DNA of 63,231 nt, filler included, from Stramenopiles sp. TOSAG23-2 (Eukaryota): the NCBI GenBank assembly GCA_900128395.1. It is 10 parts of 10 records of this genome, joined end to end, with 100 filler letters (N's around TTAATTAATTAA, not from the genome) between each part and the next. Parts side by side here need not be neighbours in the genome. Positions count along the whole stretch, not along the records: positions 1 to 7,474 come from LT650314.1; positions 7,575 to 15,032 come from LT650315.1; 8 more parts are not named here. One strand, written 5' to 3'. This document shows positions 1 to 9,583 of the stretch, in pieces. Below the pieces are notes generated by a model. That model ran no database searches and was not told the origin of the DNA. It saw only the letters and a list, made by a program, of their open reading frames with translations. Position 1 is the stretch's first letter; each line of letters starts with the position of its first letter. The position numbers were made by a program, and so were the translations under genes.

Positions 1-746
1 GAGAACCACAACCATGAACCAATCTTACATTTTCCAAACACATGCCCTGTTTGATTTTAATCTGTGCAAATTGATTAGACTACATAAAAAATCCCCTATC
101 AAAACAGTCTCTTTTCTTTGCCGAAATTAAAATAGACTAATGTTTTCCATTTACATAATATAATGGGAATAGCAAGTAGCGATAAAAATACTATACGAAA
201 AATGTCGGAAATCGTAGCGGTCATATATGACCGCTTCCATCAATAAAGTCCCCCGACGAGAAGGTTAATATCATATAGCTCACTAGCCTGCTATCCAATA
301 CTATTTACATGCTAAATCAAGGAGTTAAACTCCCTCACCCAAAACGAATGAATAAATATTATTTATTTAAATAAATATATATATACATAACCAACACACA
401 CACCCCTTCGACGTATTGCAAGACGTGTCGAATATATATATTTGTGTAGACATTTAGCAACGCGTGCATTCATTGAACGGGTATATATATCTTTCATCTG
501 ACCTAGAAATATCGCTGCCGTGTTTGATTTTTTTCATCGTGTTGGGAAATATATATATTGTGTGTGGGTATCCGCGTTGGACTCTGATCCTCCTCGGCTT
601 TTCGGATGTTCGGTTTATTAATATCTTTTTGATAGGAATATTATCCATCAAGTATACGATTTAAGTATAACGGAAACAAATACGAATAATAACGGAATAT
701 TCGTATACTCAAATATCACATATAATATATAACAACAAACAGACAA

Positions 747-1394
747 ATGACAAATACATTTAGTAGCGATAAAGAATTTCTTTTCCAACGTATCGATGGG
801 ACGGACTGCTGGTTCAATAAAAATCAATATGATGCAAATGAACTACAGCAAATTGACAACAAGATTGCAAAGCTGAAACAAGAGTTACAAGGCAATGTCG
901 ATGAAGAAGGAAGACTAACACGAAAAAAAAGGGATGTAGAAGAGTCTATCGATAACGGTGAACTATCCGAAAACGAAGAGGAAATCAATAATGAATTAGA
1001 TGCTTTATCCGACCAAATTGGTAAAGTGAATTACAACCGTCCATCTATGGATTACCGATTAGAGAAATTGGAAGGAAAACGAAAAGATTTTCTTGACGCT
1101 ATAGCATACGTAACCAAAGAAGAGATTCCCAGCATGGAACAATTATCGATGTACCAAGACTACATGAACTATTCACAAAAAAATAGTAACGATTATACAC
1201 AAAGAGAATTTATGGGCGATGTTTACAAGCGTTATGCTTTTTTAAATACAAAGCCTTTGAAAAAGCGAAAACGAAAAGGTGGCAAAAAAGGAGAACAGGA
1301 TAAATTATGGGAAGTTGAAACATACGAAAACAATTTAGGCGCATTTAAAAGATACATAATCAACCGATATAACAAACAATTGCCTAAAATATAA
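747..1394 (+). CDS. Hypothetical protein, 215 aa: coiled-coil N-half, basic NLS-like patch (KKRKRKGGKK)
   Basis: Long ORF in AT-rich DNA with A-rich ATG context; E/K/L/Q heptad-like segment; no family recognised. Confidence 0.6.
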   Translation: MTNTFSSDKEFLFQRIDGTDCWFNKNQYDANELQQIDNKIAKLKQELQGNVDEEGRLTRKKRDVEESIDNGELSENEEEINNELDALSDQIGKVNYNRPSMDYRLEKLEGKRKDFLDAIAYVTKEEIPSMEQLSMYQDYMNYSQKNSNDYTQREFMGDVYKRYAFLNTKPLKKRKRKGGKKGEQDKLWEVETYENNLGAFKRYIINRYNKQLPKI

Positions 1395-1993
1395 GTATTA
1401 AAAGTATTTTAATTTATTATTATCATAAAAACAATATTTATATATCTCATAGTGAGGATAGTAAAATTAGCAGGTAAATAGGCCTTGTAGTACTAAGTAC
1501 ATCCTAAATAGGAAAAACGAGGAATCTTATAAAAATGGAATGGTGTCATAAAAATTTAACTATATTTAAGCTTAATTTTACACAATTTTTGCTCGTGCAT
1601 TGCACGAGCATTTGGATTTCATTTTTTTTTAAGAATGTAATTGTTTCTAAAAATCATTTTTCATTAGGGAAAGTCATGGAAATTTTTTTCTCTGTTCACT
1701 GTGATACTAAATATTACAAATGGACAAAAGAAAGGGAAAAATTGTAAATATTAAAATTGAATGAACAAATATAAATTATACATATATATATATGTATTTG
1801 CATTGTGTCAGAAGAAACTGCGAAAAGTTGTAATAAATGTTAATATCCATTAAAACAACGCGATATTGAAAACATACAATGTTAATATAAATATTGAAGT
1901 AACGTATTAAACAGTTTTTTAATTATATTTGTTTCTCAATTCATACAATGGAAATTTGAAGTATCTCCATCAAATATAGTTGGTGAAAAAAAC

Positions 1994-2422
1994 GTGATTT
2001 TTAGAAGAACAGAAGTAGCAAAAGTGATAAATGATGTATCATTTTATAATGGGCCTAGAAAAGGTCATGCTTATATACTCCCTGGTGGTAAACCAGGTAA
2101 AACAGAAATACAATCTAACTTCTTGAATGTACATGCAAATAAACCAAATATAGATGTTAACCAGCTAGAAAAGCAACTGGTTAAAGAACATGGGTACCAG
2201 GAGCATTTACGTACTGATCAAATTACTATAAGTCAAAAGGATAGTTTGAAGAAAAATACAAATAATAATAATAATAATAATAATGATAATAATAATGTTG
2301 GCAAAAGAGGCCGCCCAAAAAATGGCTATCGTAAATTTTGGTTAACTCCTCGTTTGCAACATAAGATATTAAATGCACAGGATGATGACAGTAGTGATGG
2401 TAGTAGTGATGTTAGCAAATAA
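1994..2422 (+). CDS. Hypothetical protein with poly-Asn and AT-hook-like KRGRPK; true start uncertain
   Basis: 142-aa ORF called from a GTG; frame stays open upstream to ~1910; (AAT)n tract and GRP motif. Confidence 0.45.
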   Translation: MIFRRTEVAKVINDVSFYNGPRKGHAYILPGGKPGKTEIQSNFLNVHANKPNIDVNQLEKQLVKEHGYQEHLRTDQITISQKDSLKKNTNNNNNNNNDNNNVGKRGRPKNGYRKFWLTPRLQHKILNAQDDDSSDGSSDVSK

Positions 2423-2685
2423 TTAAAATGCCACATTTTGGGTCAAAATTGACGAATATGAAGTGAGTAAATATGGCCAAATGAAGATAATAAAATATGA
2501 TTCAAAGTGAAGTATTGATGTAAAATTTTTTATTTAATTATTTCTAATACATTAAAAATGTTACGACACATTTAATTTTATGCTTGCATGACCCAAAACG
2601 CTGTAAACTACCTTGATTCATCACCTTTACTATGATATTGTTGATTGGAACGATCATGTCAATTACTGAGACTTTTCTTGAAAAA

Positions 2686-2874
2686 AGTAAAGCATGGCAA
2701 AAATGTGCTAGTTTTTCACGTTTTACGGATTTATGCAGGAAAAAATCAAAACACAAAAAACGTAGGAACATGGGGAAGCAGTTTCCCGGCGTTCCTACGT
2801 TTTTCTTTTTTTGAAATTTTTTTTTCCAAATTCGTAAAACGTGAAAAACTAGCACATTTTTGCCATGGATTACT
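2686..2874. repeat. Long imperfect palindrome (~190 nt) with perfect 35-bp outer arms
   Basis: 2693-2727 CATGGCAAAAATGTGCTAGTTTTTCACGTTTTACG is the exact reverse complement of 2833-2867; inner stem 2756-2769/2791-2804; GGGAA/TTCCC near the apex. Confidence 0.95.
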
Positions 2875-2931
2875 CATATGTCAATGTAACGAATGACTTG
2901 GTCAATAGTAGTTATTGTTAATTTTTAAACC

Positions 2932-3903
2932 CTACTCTCTAACCATCTCATTGACTCTTAGCTCAGTGCTCTCAAAATCTTTTAACATATATACATCAAG
3001 CATGTTTTCAGACTTTTTAAAAAGACGTTTGTACTCTTTCTTATTCACAGGAACACCAAAATATACTTGCAATCCTTCATTGCGTGGTGTTAATTCTAAG
3101 ACTTTAAAATCTTCATTTACAAGCCATGCGTGTGGCAAAGCCGTTTGTCTAATAATCGCGCCAATATAAATAGTCATTCCCTTTGACACTCCATCACAAA
3201 CATTTAAAAAACATTTTTTTGATTTTCCTATGGCATCGCTTTTTTTATTTTTATGAAAAAATACTTGTCCATTTGTGATTAAATGCGTTGAAAACGGTGT
3301 GTTCAATAATAACGGTTGCATTTTCCGTTTGCAGGATTCCAACACTTGGGTTTCGGACAACCATCCAATTTTCTCGATGGTAGAAGTTTGTGTTAAGTCT
3401 ATTTTCTTTATCTCTTCTAATGGATGAATTGATTTATACAATTGATACGGAACTTGCTTATGAAAGCCACTACTATGGTCTATCATAATTTCATACATAA
3501 TCGTTTTACTATATTCTTTCCACACAATAGAGTACACACAATTCATTTTATCAATCTTTGCATGTAGAAAGAGAACACGTTCATAATGAGGTACTAAATG
3601 CTTCATAGCATATTCAAAATTAGACACTACAGCATCCGATAACACAGATACTTGAGTACCTTGTTGAAACGCAAGTCGTACACTTTTATTTTTATCGTAA
3701 AAATGTATATCTACATCATTCACAATTGCATCTTGTAATGTCTGTGGCAACTCGTCTTTCATCATACTACGACATAATTTTGTTAAGAATTCTTTTTGTG
3801 AATCGATATTATTTATTCTACTGAGGGTCAGATCTACTGCCTCTTTACTTCTTTCTGGCGCTGATTTTTTATTAGTATTTTTTTGGACGTTTTCTTTACT
3901 CAT
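2932..3903 (-). CDS. Hypothetical protein, 323 aa, with C-terminal transglutaminase/papain-like Cys-His-acid motif
   Basis: CFLN...G...PHAWLV....VLELTP......YFGVPV motif order in the last ~95 aa. Confidence 0.6.
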   Translation of the reverse strand: MSKENVQKNTNKKSAPERSKEAVDLTLSRINNIDSQKEFLTKLCRSMMKDELPQTLQDAIVNDVDIHFYDKNKSVRLAFQQGTQVSVLSDAVVSNFEYAMKHLVPHYERVLFLHAKIDKMNCVYSIVWKEYSKTIMYEIMIDHSSGFHKQVPYQLYKSIHPLEEIKKIDLTQTSTIEKIGWLSETQVLESCKRKMQPLLLNTPFSTHLITNGQVFFHKNKKSDAIGKSKKCFLNVCDGVSKGMTIYIGAIIRQTALPHAWLVNEDFKVLELTPRNEGLQVYFGVPVNKKEYKRLFKKSENMLDVYMLKDFESTELRVNEMVRE

Positions 3904-4088
3904 AGTATGATCTTAATATCGTTTTGCGTATGTCGCTGTAAATGTTATTTTACAATTATTACAAGAACACTTTTTCGTTGTAAACTTGCTTTTATCTAGA
4001 TTTGGTCTTATAGTTGCGTTGTATGTTATCTTGTATGTATTTTTTCGATTAAAGTATTTTGGCATATAGGTATTCTTTTATTTATTTA

Positions 4089-4787
4089 TATATTGTTATT
4101 TTGGACCGATATCTATGTATATTTAACATTTATTCAAACTACGTATATTATTAATATGGTTGCTATAATAGGTGTACTACTTGTTACAATATTCATAGGT
4201 GCTATTGGAGTCATGTCATTATATATTCAATTACATACCAATTAGAACCGATATCTATGCTATTTTAATGTTAATAATATTTTCAATACAAAAAATACAT
4301 AATTAAGGTATATTGTTATTTTAGGACCGATATCTATGCTATTGTGCAAAAAAATTGTGAGACTGCTTCAAAATGCTCTGATTTACCATAGCCATACAGC
4401 TAAGAAACCCCCTATTGTATTCTATGGTGGCCTACCCCTAACAACCTTAATCAGAACAAATCCAAGCAAATAACACAGTGTAGTATACAGGAATCAAACC
4501 TATACAAAGCTATCAAGCTACTACTTAAGCTACAGTCAGTATCATATCAATTATCAAGCATTCGTGGTGAATTATTACACGTTGATGTTGTTTCAAATTC
4601 ATTGATTTTTTACATATAGCGAATTCCAGACTCTCAACACAATACTTCCGTAGCTTAAATGGGGGTTAAAGAGAGTGAAAAATTTATATATATATACCAT
4701 TATGAAAAATAGCATAAAAATACCATTATATCATAGGAATAGCATTATAATTAAGGTATATTGTTATTTTATGTCCGATATCTATGC
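4089..4787 (+). repeat. Four dispersed direct repeats with core CCGATATCTATG
   Basis: Copies at 4089-4117, 4247-4260, 4299-4343 and 4747-4787; the last two share ATAATTAAGGTATATTGTTATTTTA..CCGATATCTATGC. Confidence 0.9.
4156..4245 (+). CDS. Possible 29-aa single-transmembrane micropeptide
   Basis: Manual translation MVAIIGVLLVTIFIGAIGVMSLYIQLHTN*; lies between repeat copies 1 and 2. Confidence 0.3.
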   Translation: MVAIIGVLLVTIFIGAIGVMSLYIQLHTN

Positions 4788-4996
4788 AAAAAACACAAAT
4801 GAAAATGCGATGTACAGGCACTCGCTAAAAATCGTTGTGGTCATGATAATAAAATATTTTTTAGGTGTTTTTAATATTTTTAAGGATACTTCACAACGGT
4901 TTTTGAGAGCAACTATGTTTAACCAAAAAAAAAGTTTTCAATATAAAATGTTATAAGAATATTCTATATGTTAAATGTCTCCATAAAATAATTAAA

Positions 4997-5470
4997 ATGA
5001 ACAATACAATGTATTCACCATATTCTGAATATGAAAACGAAGCTGACATACCTGTATATTCTTTAGGTGCTATACAAAAAAAAGATGTATCAAACCCTTT
5101 TTATCCACCAAAGACAGAGTTTGAAGATTTTGTACGTGAATTAAAAAAAATATACGATAAAGACAATAGTTTTTTAAAAGGATTTAAACAATACACTCAA
5201 CAACAAAAGGAATTACAGCGGAAAAAAATGGGCAACACGATGTCTACACATACAGTTACCGATAACAACCAGACGTTGGATATGAATGCGTTATTACCTG
5301 GTTGTGTGGATATTATATTAGAAGCTCGCAAACGCATATTGGCAAATGAAGACGAGAAGGTTTCGATATCCGTATTATTTGTTGAATTATCCCAACTACA
5401 AAATTTGAAATTGTCCTGCCCCGGTGCATACGTGTCGCATGTACCGTATCCCGCGTTCCAGGTGCCGTAG
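4997..5470 (+). CDS. Hypothetical protein, 157 aa
   Basis: ORF with AAAATG start; in-frame internal ATG at 5228 (MGNTMS); no family recognised. Confidence 0.5.
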   Translation: MNNTMYSPYSEYENEADIPVYSLGAIQKKDVSNPFYPPKTEFEDFVRELKKIYDKDNSFLKGFKQYTQQQKELQRKKMGNTMSTHTVTDNNQTLDMNALLPGCVDIILEARKRILANEDEKVSISVLFVELSQLQNLKLSCPGAYVSHVPYPAFQVP

Positions 5471-5774
5471 CCGAGGTACTGAAGATTTGTTAATTTGTTT
5501 TGGTGGTTGAAACCTTATAGATATTTGTTGTTAATAAACTATCCCTCCAATTTGTTTTGTTTACTATACTACTTCTTTTCTTAATATATATTTTTAGTTT
5601 TATTTAAATTAATGAAGAAAAAGCTATATTATACCAATACTGTATAATATGTATAACCAAAAGTACTGCATTATATAATAGTGCTGTGTAGTAGCTACCT
5701 TGAAGTATCATAATTGTAAATGCCCAAAAATGGCAAAAAAAAAAATATCTAACTTGTTAAAAATACTTATTTTT

Positions 5775-5897
5775 CCTATCAAATCCGTAGTCTAATACTA
5801 CATCACTATAATTACCCTATCAAAATCCGTAGTCTTATGCCATAAGAATATACTGACCGATCAAAGTCCGTATTCTCATGCAATAGCACTATATTAC
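5775..5897 (+). repeat. Three degenerate tandem units of 41-bp period
   Basis: CC(T/G)ATCAAA(A/G/-)TCCGTA(G/T)TCT starts at 5775, 5816 and 5857, each followed by ~21 more variable bases. Confidence 0.85.
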
Positions 5898-6588
5898 CAT
5901 TGTAAATTAGCTTTAAGTTCATATTTTATATATTTTGTCTTCAAATACTTATTTATCTTGTTCAAACTAATTTTTCTCACGATTTTACAAAAATTCAACT
6001 AGTTGAAACAAATTATTTCCCCCAACTTCTTCCAGTCAATTCCTTCGTCAATTTGGTTTTCGCTAACAACTGAAGTCATGGTTGTAAAAATATGTATAAT
6101 ATTGTTGCGCGGCTATGATAAATGAATTATTTTTTTGGTGTCGGCAATGGTTAAAGGTAATTGCTTCAACAATGGTTACAAAAAATCTTTTATCAATTTT
6201 CTGTGGGTAGTTTATTTATGATCGTGCGCAAACTAGTTTATAATAATTTATTTTAAACTAGATAATAGAATTAATATAATCCATACAATTCATTTTTTCC
6301 GTCTATTTCTATCTAATTATTTCCCCCACCATGTCCATGCTGTCCCATGCTAATATTTCCTCCACTATTTCCGGAAAATATTATTTTATCTTCTTCCTCC
6401 TTTTCTAGTAGTTAATTGCTATAACAAATAATGCCTATATATTTTGGGGTATTTTCTAGAAATTTCTGTTTATTTTTATAATATTATTTTGTTTAAACTA
6501 GATTGTTGGAAACTGAAATTTTTTAAGGCATTTTTATTAAGGTGACTTAACAAAATTTTTACAGAAGATTTGTTGGGGGGATGATATT

Positions 6589-6738
6589 AATATTGCCGCT
6601 TTTTCTAATTTAGTCCTCATTTATTCACTACCATTTCTAATTATAATTAAAGGAATTAGTTGTGAAACAGAAATAGTTTTAACAACCATTAGAGCACGTT
6701 AGAATAAATTAGACTAAATTAGAAAAAGCGGCAATATT
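6589..6738. repeat. Inverted repeat with perfect 27-bp arms
   Basis: 6589-6615 AATATTGCCGCTTTTTCTAATTTAGTC is the reverse complement of 6712-6738; extra inner pairing ATTTATTC/GAATAAAT. Confidence 0.95.
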
Positions 6739-6809
6739 TATATATGTTTACACAACTTCGTTATTCCGAATAAAAAATACAAAGGCGTTAGCCCAAGAAT
6801 AAAAACAGT

Positions 6810-7474
6810 ATGGCTAATTTGTCAGTAAACAACAGCAAACTAAAGAACAGGGTACAGGAGGACCCAACGTATACGTTTTATAAAAATTATTTTTGGAAAC
6901 AAATTGCTGCCGATCATGCAACAAGCGGTCGAATATTAAGAACTATCTATTGTCAATTTGGAAACTGGTGCGTGGAAAAAGGGTATCTATTTGCCAATAC
7001 TAGTGATACCAAACGAATCTGGTTTGAAAGAATTGTCCCATTTTTGTGTTATAAAGAACCATGTGTGAAGATATTGAGAGGACATGCTGGTATTGTATGG
7101 TCAGTTGTAAAATTGAACGAGACCACGATTGTCAGTTTAAATGATGATAATACGCTGCGGGTATGGGATTTAACCAACGATACTTCACGGGTGTTGAACG
7201 TACCCTTTGTCAATTCACTTGTAAAACTGAACGAGACAGCGATTGTAAGTGGGGGTATGGATAAGACATTACGTGTGTGGGATTTGACCAACGATACCTC
7301 TATGGTTTTGAATGGACACGCCGGTTCTGTCTGTTCGGTGGTGAAATTGAACGAGACTGCGATTGTCAGCGGAAGTAGTGATAATACATTGCGTGTATGG
7401 TATTTGACAAACAACACGTCTCGGGTGTTAACTGGACACACCAATTGTGTTAACTCAGTCATAAAACTAAACGA
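6810..7474 (+). CDS. WD40-repeat protein, 3' truncated at contig end
   Basis: At least 3.5 similar ~40-aa repeats GH...V.SVVKLNET.IVSG..D.TLRVWD. Confidence 0.9.
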
Positions 7475-7574
7475 NNNNNNNNNNNNNNNNNNNNNNNNNN
7501 NNNNNNNNNNNNNNNNNNTTAATTAATTAANNNNNNNNNNNNNNNNNNNNNNNNNNNNNNNNNNNNNNNNNNNN
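7475..7574. other. Artificial contig spacer
   Basis: N44-TTAATTAATTAA-N44 (six-frame stop linker). Confidence 0.99.
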
Positions 7575-8311
7575 AGAAGATGCTGTTTGTAATAAGGATG
7601 TCATCTATTAAAACATTTGAAAGGACGAAATGGTATATATTATTTGTGAAACTAATTTTTTCTTTTACTTTTAAATTGTTTCATCTATTGTCATTCTCTA
7701 AACAAACAAAACAATTGAATACAATTATTACCTAAGCTAATACATATATACATTTTATAATAATAATTATTGTATTATTATTTTTTTTATTATTTCAGTA
7801 GGTAGTATTTTACCAGGTGTATTATTGGCATAAGTTAATAGTAATGTTTTAAAATGTCGTCAATCACCCCATCCTAAACAACCGATCCTAATCCAGGAAT
7901 CCGGAACTGAAGATATTTTTATTTTTATTAAGGGCGACACAGCACACTATAATACTGAACCAAGAAAAAGGAAAGCCTGGAAAGGCTCACAGCTCACAGC
8001 TGCTCAGCTTTAGACGACTAACAGCTGTTGCTGCCTTAAATTGGCAGCAACGTGCCAAAGCGGCAGTTATTTAGAAATCATCTATAATTCAATATTTCAC
8101 TATTTCTTGTAAATAATTGTGATTGTATTGAATGCGTGATTCAGAGAAATAGAAGCAATAAACAATATGTACATACAAACAAATATACGAATGTGGATGA
8201 AGAGGAATTAATCATATATGGTCATTAGACACAATTGCAATATATATACACATGCACACATACATATCCTGTATCATTTGAAATCATTTAGTTATAGATA
8301 GCAACAAAAAA

Positions 8312-9316
8312 ATGACATCAATATTTCGAACAATTTCTTCTCATTGTCGTACTATTTCTTCTTCTTCTTTCAAATGTTCCTTGAAACAAACCACTAAATG
8401 TCGTCATAAATCAACTGCTCAAGTAAACGTATTAGCAAAACAGAAATTAGGTAAAGCATTGACTTTATTGCAAGGGAAATCAAAAGATAATATGGAAAAT
8501 GAAATGTTTGAAGAACATATGTTTAAAATTATTGAAAAATGTCATCGTGACAAAGTATTATTTTTAGGTTGTGATATAAGTTCACGTGTTACAGGATATG
8601 GTTTATTAGGTGCGGATGGAAAAGGAATAGATTGTGGTGGTATTAAAACCGATACATCACCAGATGTTATTGATATTTGTAACGAAATAGAAGAATTTTT
8701 AAATAATGAGATTAAACCAATTATATGGACAAATAAATACAAAGGGTATGAATTAAATATTATTTTTGAAGATTGTATGACTAGCTATTCTCCTGGTCGA
8801 TTCAATGCGCGTGGTTTAATGAAATTGGCACAAGTAAATGGTATTGCACGTTTTGCTACTGAAAAATCATTTGGTATACGACCACAATTAATTCATCCAA
8901 GTGGTGCACGTGGCTTCTTTCAATTATTACGTGCAAAGAAAGGAGATAAAACAGTAATTAAAAAACGTGTGTATAATTATGTAACAGAATATGCACCACA
9001 TTTGCCATGGTTGGACAATGGCAAAGATTTAGCATATGATATGACCGATGGATATTTAGTTGCAATGTATGCAAGAGCAATGTATTTTAAACATGCAATA
9101 CTTGCTGATAAATTATTATGGGAAAGTGTTGATGTTCATCCATCTATTTTAGATAATAATATAAGGGCTGCATATGGCAAAGTAGCAATTGGTATATTGG
9201 ATAAAAATGTACAAGAATGGTTAAAAAAACGTAGGGGTGTAATTGGCTTAGGTTTGAAGGAAGAAGAGGAGGAGGAGGCAGAAGAAGGGATTGGAGATAG
9301 TGTTGTGAACATGTAG
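8312..9316 (+). CDS. RuvC-like (RNase H fold) Holliday-junction resolvase with putative mitochondrial presequence
   Basis: FLGCDISSRVTGYGLL (catalytic Asp), IIFED (Glu), YDMTDGYLVA (DxxD); N-terminus rich in Ser/Arg/Thr/Lys and lacking acidic residues. Confidence 0.8.
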   Translation: MTSIFRTISSHCRTISSSSFKCSLKQTTKCRHKSTAQVNVLAKQKLGKALTLLQGKSKDNMENEMFEEHMFKIIEKCHRDKVLFLGCDISSRVTGYGLLGADGKGIDCGGIKTDTSPDVIDICNEIEEFLNNEIKPIIWTNKYKGYELNIIFEDCMTSYSPGRFNARGLMKLAQVNGIARFATEKSFGIRPQLIHPSGARGFFQLLRAKKGDKTVIKKRVYNYVTEYAPHLPWLDNGKDLAYDMTDGYLVAMYARAMYFKHAILADKLLWESVDVHPSILDNNIRAAYGKVAIGILDKNVQEWLKKRRGVIGLGLKEEEEEEAEEGIGDSVVNM

Positions 9317-9583
9317 AAAGAGAAAAATATATGATTATATCATTATTATAATGCGGTAAATGGTGTATGATAATACACGCGTGTGTGATAATACGTACGA
9401 ATATGATTAATAACGTATGGTACGAGTCGTATTATATCACAGCTCATTATAATATATGAAATGCGCGTTAAAAAATGAAAAAACAAAAACACACTTCCTT
9501 TTAGATATTACATTATATGGCATATATATATAAAATACGTACATACAGTACGTACGAAGATCATAATACCAAGAGATTCCTTT

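Noticed and set aside
1753-2452. Mimivirus early promoter AAAATTGA at 1753 and 2445
   Set aside because: Expected by chance in such AT-rich DNA and not placed consistently before ORF starts
2544-2896. Overlapping short ORFs on both strands with matching peptides
   Set aside because: By-product of the palindrome
5775-5897. CRISPR array
   Set aside because: Only three degenerate units, partly homologous spacers, no cas genes, eukaryotic context
1-7474. Alternative genetic code (TAA/TAG = Gln) on contig 1
   Set aside because: The long ORFs use CAA/CAG for Gln, have no internal stops and end at TAA/TAG
8312-9316. TnpB/Fanzor or transposase
   Set aside because: Compact RuvC with no zinc finger, WED/REC region or element ends; has a presequence-like leader and housekeeping neighbours
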